Positions 25,750 to 35,741 of a stretch of 56,029 bases of DNA are shown here, piece by piece. Position 1 is the stretch's first letter; each line of letters opens with the position of its first letter. Below the pieces are notes generated by a model. It did no database searches. It was not told the origin of the DNA and saw only the letters and a program-made list of their open reading frames with translations. The translations under genes were made by a program, and so were the position numbers. Location of the stretch: IMG/VR virus record IMGVR_UViG_3300021559_000001, positions 1 through 56,029 of that record; one strand, given 5' to 3'. The stretch comes from a virus (lineage: Duplodnaviria > Caudoviricetes).

Positions 25750-27633
25750 ATTCCGGTTGACACTGAGCTTTCCCCGCCGCCGAAACGCGCCCAAGGCAGG
25801 CCAAAGCGCGTATCGAAAACGCCAGGGGATCGACCTATAGAGCCTGCCCGCGCCGAATCCGAATCAACTCCCCCAATAAAACCGCAGGAACCCGCCCCAG
25901 CGCCCGAAACTCCCGCCAAACAGCCTTTCTCCTGGGACCGTACACAAGAGGAAGACCGGCTGAAGCGCGCGCCATTCCCCCCAGTCCCCGGCAATGCAAA
26001 GAAGGTCCCCTTCCCCATCTTCGCCAATTATCGGAACGCCATCCCTACCATTCAGGGTGTACACGCCGTGGTCTATGTGCAGCGCTGGCATCCCGTCATG
26101 AAGCCGGTTACCCGCGTCGATGACGATGGCAGGAAGCATGTCGAGAGGCCCAACTGCCTCAAAATCCATCTGGAGGACGGGCCGATCACAGAGCAACTGA
26201 TTTATCAGCAACTAGGGGCAGGGGATTACTCGTTTCGATTGAACGATTCCCGTATCCGCTTGAATGCCGACCCGAACGCCGCGACCGTGGTTTATTCGGA
26301 GCTTAAGGGTAATCGCAATTGGAACGACCAGCCGCCCACTCTCGATTATAAGCAACTCGATTTGACCGATCCGGCGAACGCCAGTTTTATCACCTGGGCG
26401 CGATCAAGAAACCTCTTACCCCCGGAAGGCGAACAGCATAAACAGGATAGCGACATGGCACAAAGCGCGGTAGTTGATAATCTTCTGGATATGGGCAAGG
26501 AAGACCGCGCCCGCCTGGACCGGCTTCAGCAACAGCAACTCGAAAAGGCCGAACGGGAAGCGCGTGAAGCAAAAGCCCGTATTGAAGAGTTGGAAGCAAA
26601 ACTCAACACTCCAACTCCGGTAGAGGGTAAGAAGGAGGATAACGGCATCGTTGGCACGGTGAGCGCCCTGGTCGATATCGTCAAAGCCATCAAGCCCGAG
26701 CCGGACAACTCCCTATCCGCCTATCTTGCTTTACAGATGGAACGCGAGAAAACCCAGCGGGAACAAGATCGCGCCGACCGGCAGGCCGCGGCCGATAATG
26801 CGAAGATCGAACGGGACCGCGCCGACAAGCTGCAGAACGAGATTTTGGCCGATCTGCGCAACCGGGCCAATGTCGCGCCCGTCGCCCCTCCTGCTCAGAA
26901 AACCCTGCTCGAGCAATTCCAGGAGGTCGAAGCCTTCCAGGGAGTCGCGAAGCGTATCGCCCGCGGAGGTCCCGGCGAAGAGGAGCCGGTCAAGGTTGGA
27001 ATGGCGGAGAAAATCATCGAAGCGATACCCGCAGTGGCCCCGATCATCGGGAATTTGTTCACTTTAGGCTTCCAAACCTTCCAGCAATGGAGTCATAATC
27101 AAGCAGTGATCGCCATAGCCAAAGGCGGTAAGACTCCTGAGCCGACGCCGGCCGCAACTCCAGCCGCAAATGGTCAACCCGCTGCGGTTCCCGCAGATCA
27201 GCCTATGCCCCCTACCCTCACGCCCGAACAAGTAGCCCAGCAGCAGCAGTTCACCTTCTATATGCAGATGTTGAGCATGGCCGCGCCGAAGATGCTCAGC
27301 TTTCTCAAGAAAGATATCGAAGATCCCGGCTTCCAGTTCGCCGCCTGGGTGATCGAGAATGCGCCGCATGAACGCGCGGACTATGACGCCATCCGCGAGC
27401 TAGGGATGGAACAGGTGACCGGAGAGCATGGAACGCTGGTAAAGCAGTTCAACCTCGCGCGGGCGAAAATGAACATTCTGAATCTGGTTCAGCATCACCC
27501 GCAGCTTTCCAGCGCCGTAGGTCCGATCCAATCCCGGTTCGATACGTTCCTGGACCAGTTCTTTAACTATGACGAGATCATGGCCGAGCAAGAGCAGGAT
27601 AATCCAGGACCGGAAGGAGCGCCACTGCAATGA
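25750..27633 (+). CDS. Large coiled-coil protein with a Pro-rich N-terminus and a hydrophobic segment (probable ATT start)
   Basis: Frame open from 25711 to 27633; GGAGG precedes ATT at 25750; first canonical start is 26068. Confidence 0.7.
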   Translation: MPVDTELSPPPKRAQGRPKRVSKTPGDRPIEPARAESESTPPIKPQEPAPAPETPAKQPFSWDRTQEEDRLKRAPFPPVPGNAKKVPFPIFANYRNAIPTIQGVHAVVYVQRWHPVMKPVTRVDDDGRKHVERPNCLKIHLEDGPITEQLIYQQLGAGDYSFRLNDSRIRLNADPNAATVVYSELKGNRNWNDQPPTLDYKQLDLTDPANASFITWARSRNLLPPEGEQHKQDSDMAQSAVVDNLLDMGKEDRARLDRLQQQQLEKAEREAREAKARIEELEAKLNTPTPVEGKKEDNGIVGTVSALVDIVKAIKPEPDNSLSAYLALQMEREKTQREQDRADRQAAADNAKIERDRADKLQNEILADLRNRANVAPVAPPAQKTLLEQFQEVEAFQGVAKRIARGGPGEEEPVKVGMAEKIIEAIPAVAPIIGNLFTLGFQTFQQWSHNQAVIAIAKGGKTPEPTPAATPAANGQPAAVPADQPMPPTLTPEQVAQQQQFTFYMQMLSMAAPKMLSFLKKDIEDPGFQFAAWVIENAPHERADYDAIRELGMEQVTGEHGTLVKQFNLARAKMNILNLVQHHPQLSSAVGPIQSRFDTFLDQFFNYDEIMAEQEQDNPGPEGAPLQ

Positions 27634-27708
27634 GCTCACCCCCCGCAGTCATCTTTCGGACCGGAAGGAGCGCCACTGCAATGAGCTCACCCCCCGCAGT
27701 CATCTTTC
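27607..27708. repeat. 51-bp exact tandem duplication covering an RBS and start codon
   Basis: ggaccggaaggagcgccactgcaatgagctcaccccccgcagtcatctttc x2. Confidence 0.9.
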
Positions 27709-28304
27709 AAAATGTAGGCGATTACATCAAGAGCATGCAGGACCGCCAAGAGGCCATAGATAACCTCTGCCACGCGCTACACGCTTTCTTATCGCAAGGT
27801 ATCCAGGCTGGTATTCAATCGGCCAAGCAGCCGCGCCCGAAGCCGCCCCGCCCCACTATCGAGGATCTGAATAAGGCCCAGGAGAAACTGGACCTGATGC
27901 ACGCCCAACTTGAAGCTCTGCAAAACATGTGCGAGGACATGCCCGATAAGTTCGGTGAGATGATGCGACTCACACAGATGCCGCAGATTCAGCGATGGCT
28001 GGAAGAGGCAGAAAGAGAAGTCGCCTATATCCAAAAAGCGATCGAGGAACCGGAGCCAGAACAGGGTAGCCCATGGGACGGATCTCATCAGCTTTCTGCC
28101 CTTTGTACGATCTGCGCGAAGGGATCAGACCAAGTTGCCTCTTCACCCAAGGTGTTGAATCGCGCAATCATGGAGGCTGGATGGGGCCGTGATTCAGAAG
28201 GTGATTTTCTTTGCCCGGATTGTTTCGCAGCTACCAAAAACCAGCAGCCGTCCGCCGCGCTCCCGTCCACTTCAAACCCAGCCGACAGCACGACCGAGGT
28301 TTAA
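27630..28304 (+). CDS. Coiled-coil protein with a C-terminal Zn finger (CxxC..GW..CPDC)
   Basis: AAGGAG RBS; CTIC/CPDC. Confidence 0.7.
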   Translation: MSSPPAVIFRTGRSATAMSSPPAVIFQNVGDYIKSMQDRQEAIDNLCHALHAFLSQGIQAGIQSAKQPRPKPPRPTIEDLNKAQEKLDLMHAQLEALQNMCEDMPDKFGEMMRLTQMPQIQRWLEEAEREVAYIQKAIEEPEPEQGSPWDGSHQLSALCTICAKGSDQVASSPKVLNRAIMEAGWGRDSEGDFLCPDCFAATKNQQPSAALPSTSNPADSTTEV

Positions 28305-28309
28305 CGCCA

Positions 28310-28615
28310 ATGTTCCTACTAGAAATAGATGATGACGCCTTCCGGGTAGTAAACCCCTCAGGAGAATTCGATGAACCAAGACCCTTTATGGATGTCTCAA
28401 CCATAGACTACCAAGGGAAAGTGTACGGAGCCTTCTTGCAGGGGAAAGAAGAGGAGTTGACTACGGGCAAGGTGTACGATCTTTCCAAGTGGCCAGTGCT
28501 TGTAGAGGTTCCATGCCGGATCGATCCGACAGAATTCGCCTACGACGATGACGAACCAGACGGAGAAGTGATCGACGTAGAGCCCGTTGTAGGAAAGTTA
28601 GGGCCGGTGGAATGA
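28310..28615 (+). CDS. Acidic hypothetical protein
   Basis: RBS GAGGT supplied by the end of motif A. Confidence 0.6.
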   Translation: MFLLEIDDDAFRVVNPSGEFDEPRPFMDVSTIDYQGKVYGAFLQGKEEELTTGKVYDLSKWPVLVEVPCRIDPTEFAYDDDEPDGEVIDVEPVVGKLGPVE

Positions 28616-29841
28616 AACGAAAACAACGAGAACAGAAGGGGCTGCTATCCGACAGGGCCGTTATTGAACGGTTCAACCAGATCACCGGCGCCAATGCCGC
28701 AACTTCAGATGAGTTGAATAAGCGGCAGGAGAGGGATAAACCGCCGTTCAAGAATCCGCCAAGGTTTCCGGCTGTCGAAAGCGCGGAGGAATTGTGAGAC
28801 TGCGCCGAGTCTACCGACGCCGGAATGTCAAACTGACGGCGAAGCAGGAGAAATTACAAGCCGCGCGCGATATCCACGAAATGCGGGCCAGTATTCTATG
28901 TACTGGAGCCGCTCTAGCGCTTGCGAAGTCTTCAGATAATCTGACAGCCTTCGATTATTTGCGCGACATCATCAACACCGAGGTTGCAGAAGCCGTATTG
29001 GATGCGAGCGCCGCCGAGAAGCGTTACGATGAATCCTTTGGGGTTACGCGCATCGATGCGGAATTCGTAAAGCGACATCCACCGCGCGCAGACAAAGCCA
29101 AATCCTCTCCGAAGCAGAAAGCCAAAAACAAAAAGCTTTTATGATGCCACAACCAACCCCCCAGCAGTTAGACCAGATGATTCAATCCTTCCAGTCGCGA
29201 CTGGATGCGAAAGTGTTGGAGCGGGGCTCATTGATGAGCTTACGCGGTCATTCCGGCATGATCGCCGATGGTATCGCATCCTTAGCCGTCAATCGGCATG
29301 TGTCCTTCGAGTCCGTAGAGTCTTTCGTTGGGGCTGATCCTGATCGCAATGGGTTGAAAGACGCGCTATTCAACCTCTGGACAGCCCAAATCGCCACCTT
29401 GGATATCGACATCAAAGAAATATCCTTCAACCTCCAGGTAGCCAAGCAAGCCGCTGCGCAACAGAAAAGCGGGATTCTCCTGGCAGGCACCATGCCGCCC
29501 AATAACCGGAAGGTCTGATGAAGCTGAAACGTCTTTGGTTCCAACTCCTGGACGCCATTCAAAGCGATTGGAACCAGCTCGGTCCGCAAGTCGATCCAAG
29601 CCTGTGGCCCAGGAAACTCCGCCGTCGATGGCTCAAGTGGGGCAGGGACTACGGCCAGTACACCCGCCGCGGTCGAAGGTTCACGCGGTTCGATAATGCA
29701 ACCGATCGCGCCGGCCGTGTGATTTCTCGAGGAAACCGCGGATGGGCCTGGTTCTGCGATAATTGTCACGACTACTCGATTACAAGAAACCCTTGGGATG
29801 GGTGTACAAGATGTAATTTTCTACCAGGAGCGCCGGAGTGA
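28612..29841 (+). CDS. Four coupled hypothetical ORFs (28612-28797, 28794-29144, 29141-29518, 29518-29841)
   Basis: Overlapping start/stop codons; the last has CxxC..CxxC. Confidence 0.6.
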
Positions 29842-30530
29842 AACAAGACAGACGCGGGTTTTTGAAATTGTTTGGTATATCGACGGCGGCAATCGCGGCT
29901 GCCCCAACAGTCGCGGGCGCAGAGCCGACCGTGGAAGTGATTCGGGCTGAGACTTCAGCGCCGCCACCGCTTCCTGGACGCGCGTTCGAACCGTACTTCG
30001 ACCGCGAGCGGACTATGGCTATGGATGTGCGGGACGAACCGCTCTGGAGTCAAGTGCGCATCGAGCGCAATGAGATGCGCGGCGACTACGTTTTATTCCA
30101 GGACTCGGCTGGGAATGGTTCGCCGATGTTCCCCGATGGAGTGACGCTGGCTGAAACCAACATGCTGAGGCCCGGCTGTTTGCCAGAACCGGAGATGTAT
30201 TGCATTCAGAAAATTGGTTTCGTCTTTTCACCATCCACGATTCCGGCGTTACGCTCCGCGTTCATTGACCGCTACGAATTGAATCTGAGCTTGGGCCGTA
30301 AGCGCCACTGGGAAGCGCCACTCTCGCAGGTGTTTTCAGTTGCCGAGCCAGAGCGAAAAGAGGATTTCGCGGAACTGCCGGATGCGGGATTCTACAGGCT
30401 CGATATCCCGCTAATAATCGAAGCTGGCCTCTGGTTCGGGCTTCATCTGATCGGCAACCCGATTCACCCATGCGGCAGAATCAAGGCCTGGGGAGTCTTC
30501 AAAGGCCTGCACGCTTGCGGAATCCAGTGA
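29838..30530 (+). CDS. Tat-signal-bearing paralog of the putative major capsid protein
   Basis: MKQDRRGFLK twin-arginine signal; MDV..EP..TL..TNM..P..L..PE..GRK..GLHA.GIQ aligns with ORF 9660. Confidence 0.8.
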   Translation: MKQDRRGFLKLFGISTAAIAAAPTVAGAEPTVEVIRAETSAPPPLPGRAFEPYFDRERTMAMDVRDEPLWSQVRIERNEMRGDYVLFQDSAGNGSPMFPDGVTLAETNMLRPGCLPEPEMYCIQKIGFVFSPSTIPALRSAFIDRYELNLSLGRKRHWEAPLSQVFSVAEPERKEDFAELPDAGFYRLDIPLIIEAGLWFGLHLIGNPIHPCGRIKAWGVFKGLHACGIQ

Positions 30531-30599
30531 CTTCCCCCGCGCAATGCCGATTGATGGACCCGTGGCGACCCTTGAGCCCAACGCCAAAAGGATTTTCTC

Positions 30600-30950
30600 G
30601 TGTTTGAAAACTTCTCACCTATCAACGATCAGCTACTCATTAAAGTATTACCCTCTCCCTCAGAAGAGAAGGGAATCGTCATCCCGGATTCAGCCAAGCC
30701 GAAAGCCATCTTCGCGGATGTGATCGCAGTCGGGCCGGGGAGGAGGGGCCGATTGTTGCGTTGCGCCAGGTGCGCGGATCGTTTCATCCCCGAGCGTCTA
30801 TCCCTCGACGTGAAACCTGGAGACCGCATCGTCTTCCACCCGGCCGTACGCTCCTACAGGGCAAGAGAAGCGGAAGTAGATTTACAGTCTCAGCAGGAAA
30901 CCATCATCATCCGCGAGGATTCGGTGCTGGCGGTAATTGAGTCCGACTGA
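30600..30950 (+). CDS. groES: Co-chaperonin GroES/Cpn10
   Basis: PINDQLLIK..GIVIPDSAK.K..VIAVGPG..VKPGDRIVF..IIREDSVLAVIE. Confidence 0.9.
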   Translation: MFENFSPINDQLLIKVLPSPSEEKGIVIPDSAKPKAIFADVIAVGPGRRGRLLRCARCADRFIPERLSLDVKPGDRIVFHPAVRSYRAREAEVDLQSQQETIIIREDSVLAVIESD

Positions 30951-31128
30951 CCGCATCGACCAGACGCGGCCCCGGCATCTTCTCCGCATACTTCCGTAAC
31001 TCTTCCGCCATCTGCGCGCAGGTTTTGCAAGGCGTATACGATCCTGATTGCATGATCTTCTCTTGGTAGGCTGAACAGTTTTTAACTAATTGATCGGCTA
31101 TTTCTCGAAGACGGGTGGGGGTCACACA

Positions 31129-31344
31129 TTAGCCTTTTTGTTGGTTTGAATGGAGGCAGTTCTGCGGGTTGTGGTGGGAGGTCCGCGTGCTGAGACTCGC
31201 AAAATAGTGTCTCGCGTATTCCGTAACAATCGCCGAGAGCGAACACGCTTTCATGCCAGCTACCTTGCGGCGAGCCGCTTCCTGTATGAGTTCGTCGTAC
31301 ATGGATGGCGGCATAGTAATAGTCACTTTACGGTAGCCAGACAT
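31129..31344 (-). CDS. Ribbon-helix-helix (CopG/Arc-like) regulator
   Basis: RKVTITMPPSMYDELIQEAARR..SLSAIVTEY. Confidence 0.65.
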   Translation of the reverse strand: MSGYRKVTITMPPSMYDELIQEAARRKVAGMKACSLSAIVTEYARHYFASLSTRTSHHNPQNCLHSNQQKG

Positions 31345-31569
31345 GGCGGCTCACTTCCCCTGATTCAGAGAGCCACTCTGGCCAGCGTCTCTTTGCAATT
31401 CTCAGACAGGAACGGCAGACATTCCCAGCCCACGGACCACCATGAATCATCACAGCCGGATTAGCTCCACAGATGGCCGCACGCTTGCCGAATCCTTCAG
31501 GCAGGATGTGACAGCGTGGTCCACGTTTTGGATTGCGGATAGTTCGCGGCCCTCGGATCACTTTCATGA

Positions 31570-32354
31570 TCACTTTAATATCACTTTCCCGCGAAATTGC
31601 TTCGGCGCGTGTTTGGGACGGCGCGCCAATGCGGGATACACCGGAGTAACCTCGTGTCTCGATTTGGGAACACAGATGCATCGATCCTCGTGGCGATCAC
31701 AGATAGGACACCATCTTAATTGCACGCGGGTGCCGGATGTTTTCACAGCGGCTAATCGCTCATCCATGTCTGGGCAGTTGCATCTCGCAATATGGTTGTT
31801 GCAGACCGTACAGAACATCACTACCTCCATTCAAATGTGACTTTATTTCCCGTTCTCCACAACGGACGAGCGGACCACGCTTCCGAGACCTTGCAGACTG
31901 CCTCCATTCAAACCCTCGGCCTTCTGCTTACCTGCTAACCATCCTAATCTCCATGCTTGTTGTAAATCTGAGAATCCATAAGGGGGATGATCCCTTGTGG
32001 AGTTTTCAAAGTCTGATAAGCCCTGGTCGTACGCTTTGCGCTTCGCCGCGTCAAAAGTTTTAGCTGCCGCGTTTGAAAGTATGTCCAGTGCGATACCGTG
32101 AGTCGTCTTCATGCGCGCGCCTCTTCCGCCGCCTTGATTTCTTCGCGTGCGACCTGGCGCATAAGGCCCATGATCTTTTTCAGTGAGAGCCCGCCGTGGT
32201 GAAACGATTTCTTGCAGGCGTCGTCGTGGAACTTCGGCGGCACGGTCCAACCGTCTGGATGGTCCTTATCCCGTTTATGCCGGGTGAACTTACACAAGCA
32301 TCCTTGGCACTCCCACCGACCGTCCGCAAGTTGCTTCGCATGTATGACCGCCAT
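31570..32354 (-). CDS. Three small ORFs: Cys-rich 31570-31830, Rmf-like 31843-32112, CxxC 32109-32354
   Basis: Coupled ORFs; AYDQG..PPY..AWRLGW resembles Rmf-like phage proteins. Confidence 0.5.
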
Positions 32355-32454
32355 AATTCCACCGCGCAATGCCGAATACGGGCCGTGGCGTACAGATGAG
32401 CCCAAACACTGATTGTCTTATGTCGTCCGACACTACAATAGATGCCGTAGGACT

Positions 32455-32483
32455 ACTCTAACCCTACTCTCTGCGTCTGTCAA
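32455..32483 (-). promoter_or_regulatory. sigma70-type promoter
   Basis: TTGACA-17-TAGAGT. Confidence 0.65.
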
Positions 32484-32520
32484 TACCCTATTCCACTTCA
32501 GAGGGTACCGAGTCGAGGAT

Positions 32521-33447
32521 TTAGGTTGGGTTAGCTTGCATCAATTCCAGCAACGGCGGCGCTTTCTCTTTGTCGCTGACTAGCCGCTCTGCCTTCTTGA
32601 CATTCCGCAACGCCTGGTCGCAGTACGATTCTTTCAACTCGAAGCCGATGGCTTCCCTTCCTTCCTCGATGGCTACGTACGCGGTCGAACCGATTCCCAT
32701 ATACGGATCTAAAACCAGCTCGCCGGGATTGGTCCAGAGTTTGATGCATCGCCGGATGACTTCGAGCTGCAGCGGGCAGACGTGCTTTTCTTCGTCGCTT
32801 TCGCGTGCGGATTTCCAGCCTTCCAACACATCGGTCTCGCGGATGTCGGTCCACACGCCGTGGGCATCCCGGATCCATTCTTCTTGGGTGACCCAGCCGT
32901 GCGGATTCTTGGTCGCGTGCTTCAAGCAGAGCACTGGCGTCGATTCCCCTGGCTTCTGAAACTGGAGTACGTAATCGTTAACGGCCGGCGAAAGGTCGCG
33001 CGCGTTCCGGGAGTGGCCCGTCATAAATTGCAGCGAATGAAGCGACAGGCGCTTGGCGATGATTTGCGGATTCTTCGGGATGACGAACTCGCCCCGGTAT
33101 TCAAATCCGCCCGCGCAGCATAGATCGATCACAGCGCCGCGGAAGTCTCGCCGTCCCATGTAGCCGTGCTGGTTCTGATAGCGGAGCAACTGCTGGATGT
33201 GGATACATACGTTGCAGCCCGGCTTCATCACGCGGTAGAGTTGGTGCACGAAAAAGCGCATGTGCAGCCCGAAGCCTCCGGCCTTCATGTCGGTTCCATC
33301 CTGGTTGTTGCCGACGTCCTCCGGCTTGCCCGAATACATGAAGAGCGCACCGAACGGGATGCTGGTAACGCACAGGTCACACGAATCCGGCATGAGGTAC
33401 TTCGTCATGCCGGGGATTCCATCGCAGTTCCAGATTTGAGCGCTCAT
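32521..33447 (-). CDS. DNA methyltransferase (N6-A/N4-C, beta-class order)
   Basis: Catalytic-like TSIPF near the N-terminus; HVCPLQ; SAM-binding VLDPYMGIGST near the C-terminus. Confidence 0.9.
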   Translation of the reverse strand: MSAQIWNCDGIPGMTKYLMPDSCDLCVTSIPFGALFMYSGKPEDVGNNQDGTDMKAGGFGLHMRFFVHQLYRVMKPGCNVCIHIQQLLRYQNQHGYMGRRDFRGAVIDLCCAGGFEYRGEFVIPKNPQIIAKRLSLHSLQFMTGHSRNARDLSPAVNDYVLQFQKPGESTPVLCLKHATKNPHGWVTQEEWIRDAHGVWTDIRETDVLEGWKSARESDEEKHVCPLQLEVIRRCIKLWTNPGELVLDPYMGIGSTAYVAIEEGREAIGFELKESYCDQALRNVKKAERLVSDKEKAPPLLELMQANPT

Positions 33448-35141
33448 GCGGCTATCAGTCCTTTCAGGGCTTCCAGATAATACTTTTCCTGTTCGTCGGC
33501 GTCTTGCTCGAAGCTGTTTTTCTTTCGGAGCACGTTCTCCATCACTAGACCTTCGAGGTGCCGAATGATCGGAAGGTGGATATGGACGGTGTTGGTTTGC
33601 CCGTAGCGCAGGGCCCGGCGCACGGCTTGATAGAAGCGCTCATAGGAATCGTCCCAGCCGGAGAAGATCATCGACGTACAGCACTGGAAGTTCATTCCGA
33701 AGCCGAGCAGTGACGCCTTACTAATCAGGATATCGAGTTGCCCCTTGCGGAATTTCTCGATCAGTGAGATTCGGTCCTTCTGTTTGACTTTGCCGTCCAG
33801 CAAACATGAGCCGATTCCCCGCGCGGCCAATTCTTCCGCGATCAGTTGCCCTTCCTCGTCGAATACGGTCCAGATGAGCACCTGGCGGCCGGCTTTCATT
33901 TCCGCAATGGCGACATCGGCAACTCTCGCCGGCTTCAGCGAGGGGATGAGCCTGACCGTGGTTTTCTTGCCTGTCTTTTCGTAAATGAATCCCTTGGCGA
34001 TTTGGCTCAACTTGGTCCGCTGAACCACGCCGATATTCTGCGTTCCGAGCAGGCCTGCGCCGGCCTCGAAATAGATGCGGTTCTGTTCGTCGATCTGTTC
34101 CGGCGTCGGGTCGATGTCGTATTCATGGAAAACTGGGGGTGGAATCGACGCGAGATTATCGGACCATCCGTACATTTTCGGATTGCGGAGATAGATCGAC
34201 CATGAAGCCAGAAAGCGGTAGAACCCTTCGCGCGCGTGAGGCTTGATGCGCCATTCCCCTTTCTTGTCCCTGGAAAAGAAGGTCCACAGGATATCACTCT
34301 CGGTTCTGAGTTTCTCGATAAACGCCGCCTGGCTCGCGTACTCCATTACCTCGTTGGGCGCCGGGGTCGCTGTGCAGGAGAGTTTATATTCGATCCCCTT
34401 GGCGGATTTGATCAGGTTCCACTTGATGACGCCGCCGCCTGATTTCAGGATTGAGGATTCATCGCAGATCAGGCCGCCCAGCAACCGGAGTTGCGGTAGC
34501 AAGCCGGGAATCATCTTGTCGTAGTTCGTGATTGCCAGTTCGCAGCCGGGCGCTTCGAGCCATTCTTCCAGTTCCTTACGGGTCTCCAGTTTCTTGACTA
34601 GCAGGGCATCGCCGTAGAATTTCGTGGACTCATCGCAGGTTTGCTCAATGATCTGCAACGGCGAAAAGATCAGCACCTTGCGACCGATCGCTGCCAGGAC
34701 ATGCCGCGCCCATTCCAGGAACATGGCCGTCTTACCTAAGCCGCAATCGGCGTAAATCGCATACCGCTGCGCTTTCAGTGCCTGCTTGACGATGAATTGC
34801 TCATAGTCGAACAGGTACGCGGCGATCTGGAGTTTCTCTGCTGGTGTCGCCGGGGCCGGGATGCCGAGCATTGGAAGAAACCGCGCCGGCGTGCTGATGG
34901 TGTAGGAATCGCTCTCCCAGTCGTAGGTGGTTTGGAATTCTGGAAGCCTTTTGCAGTTCAGGAATAGGTCGTAGTGGGCGAGGTCGAAGGTGTCGAAACA
35001 AATACGGGCCGTCGAGCCGTCGATCTGAATTCCCCCGCGCAATGCCGATTCTGAATCGGGCGGTACCGTCGAGCCCAAACCATCTTGAGTCTGATTTTCC
35101 AAGGTGGGCAGTACAGATGAGGCCAAACTATCCGTTTCCAT
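33444..35141 (-). CDS. SNF2-like SF2 helicase
   Basis: ADCGLGKT, ICDESS, CTATPAPN, GFGMNFQ, QAVRRALRYGQ. Confidence 0.9.
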   Translation of the reverse strand: METDSLASSVLPTLENQTQDGLGSTVPPDSESALRGGIQIDGSTARICFDTFDLAHYDLFLNCKRLPEFQTTYDWESDSYTISTPARFLPMLGIPAPATPAEKLQIAAYLFDYEQFIVKQALKAQRYAIYADCGLGKTAMFLEWARHVLAAIGRKVLIFSPLQIIEQTCDESTKFYGDALLVKKLETRKELEEWLEAPGCELAITNYDKMIPGLLPQLRLLGGLICDESSILKSGGGVIKWNLIKSAKGIEYKLSCTATPAPNEVMEYASQAAFIEKLRTESDILWTFFSRDKKGEWRIKPHAREGFYRFLASWSIYLRNPKMYGWSDNLASIPPPVFHEYDIDPTPEQIDEQNRIYFEAGAGLLGTQNIGVVQRTKLSQIAKGFIYEKTGKKTTVRLIPSLKPARVADVAIAEMKAGRQVLIWTVFDEEGQLIAEELAARGIGSCLLDGKVKQKDRISLIEKFRKGQLDILISKASLLGFGMNFQCCTSMIFSGWDDSYERFYQAVRRALRYGQTNTVHIHLPIIRHLEGLVMENVLRKKNSFEQDADEQEKYYLEALKGLIAA

Positions 35142-35741
35142 TTACTTTTTCTCCGTGTTTGAATTCAGAATCGCGTCACCGTTCAAAAGTGAGGTCCGCC
35201 CACTGAGGATCAATTTCTTTTCAGTGCGCCAGTCGTATAATCCTTGGAGTATCCCGTGGATGTCGAGATTGCCGGCGTACGCCTCTTCGCAGATGCGCTG
35301 TATCTCGCGGTCGCAGCGGGCGAGGTCTTCAGCCATTCGCGTTCTCCTCTGAACATGCTGCCTGATGAAATTCAAGTTGTGGTCCTCCGTAATGTAATTG
35401 CTGCGCTGCTTTGTCTTGGCAGAAGTCTAGCCATCTTCGGATAACTTCAGCTGCGTCCCCCTCGGCTACTTGATAGGAGCCGTCCGCATACGTTAACTCG
35501 ATTCGGACACAGGGTACGCTCATGCGGGAATGTCCTCTGGCAGCATCTTCTGGCCTAGGAGTTTCCGCGCTCGGTCGAGTGTGTCCAGCGCCTTCAATAA
35601 TTCTATTCCCAACTCATCGTATGGCAGTGGCGCTAGTTTGTCGCAGGCTGCTTTGATGTTTAGCTTCGCGGTCTCCAGCGCCTCATCGGCTTCCAATTCT
35701 CGGATGAACCGCTCGCATTCCGGCTTGATATTGTTCGTCAT
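35142..35741 (-). CDS. Small hypothetical ORFs (35142-35375, 35329-35523, 35520-35741)
   Basis: Closely packed minus-strand ORFs between dnaB and the helicase. Confidence 0.5.

Noticed and set aside
32521-35141. Methyltransferase plus helicase as a restriction or defence system
   Set aside because: No nuclease partner adjacent; this pairing is common in phage replication regions
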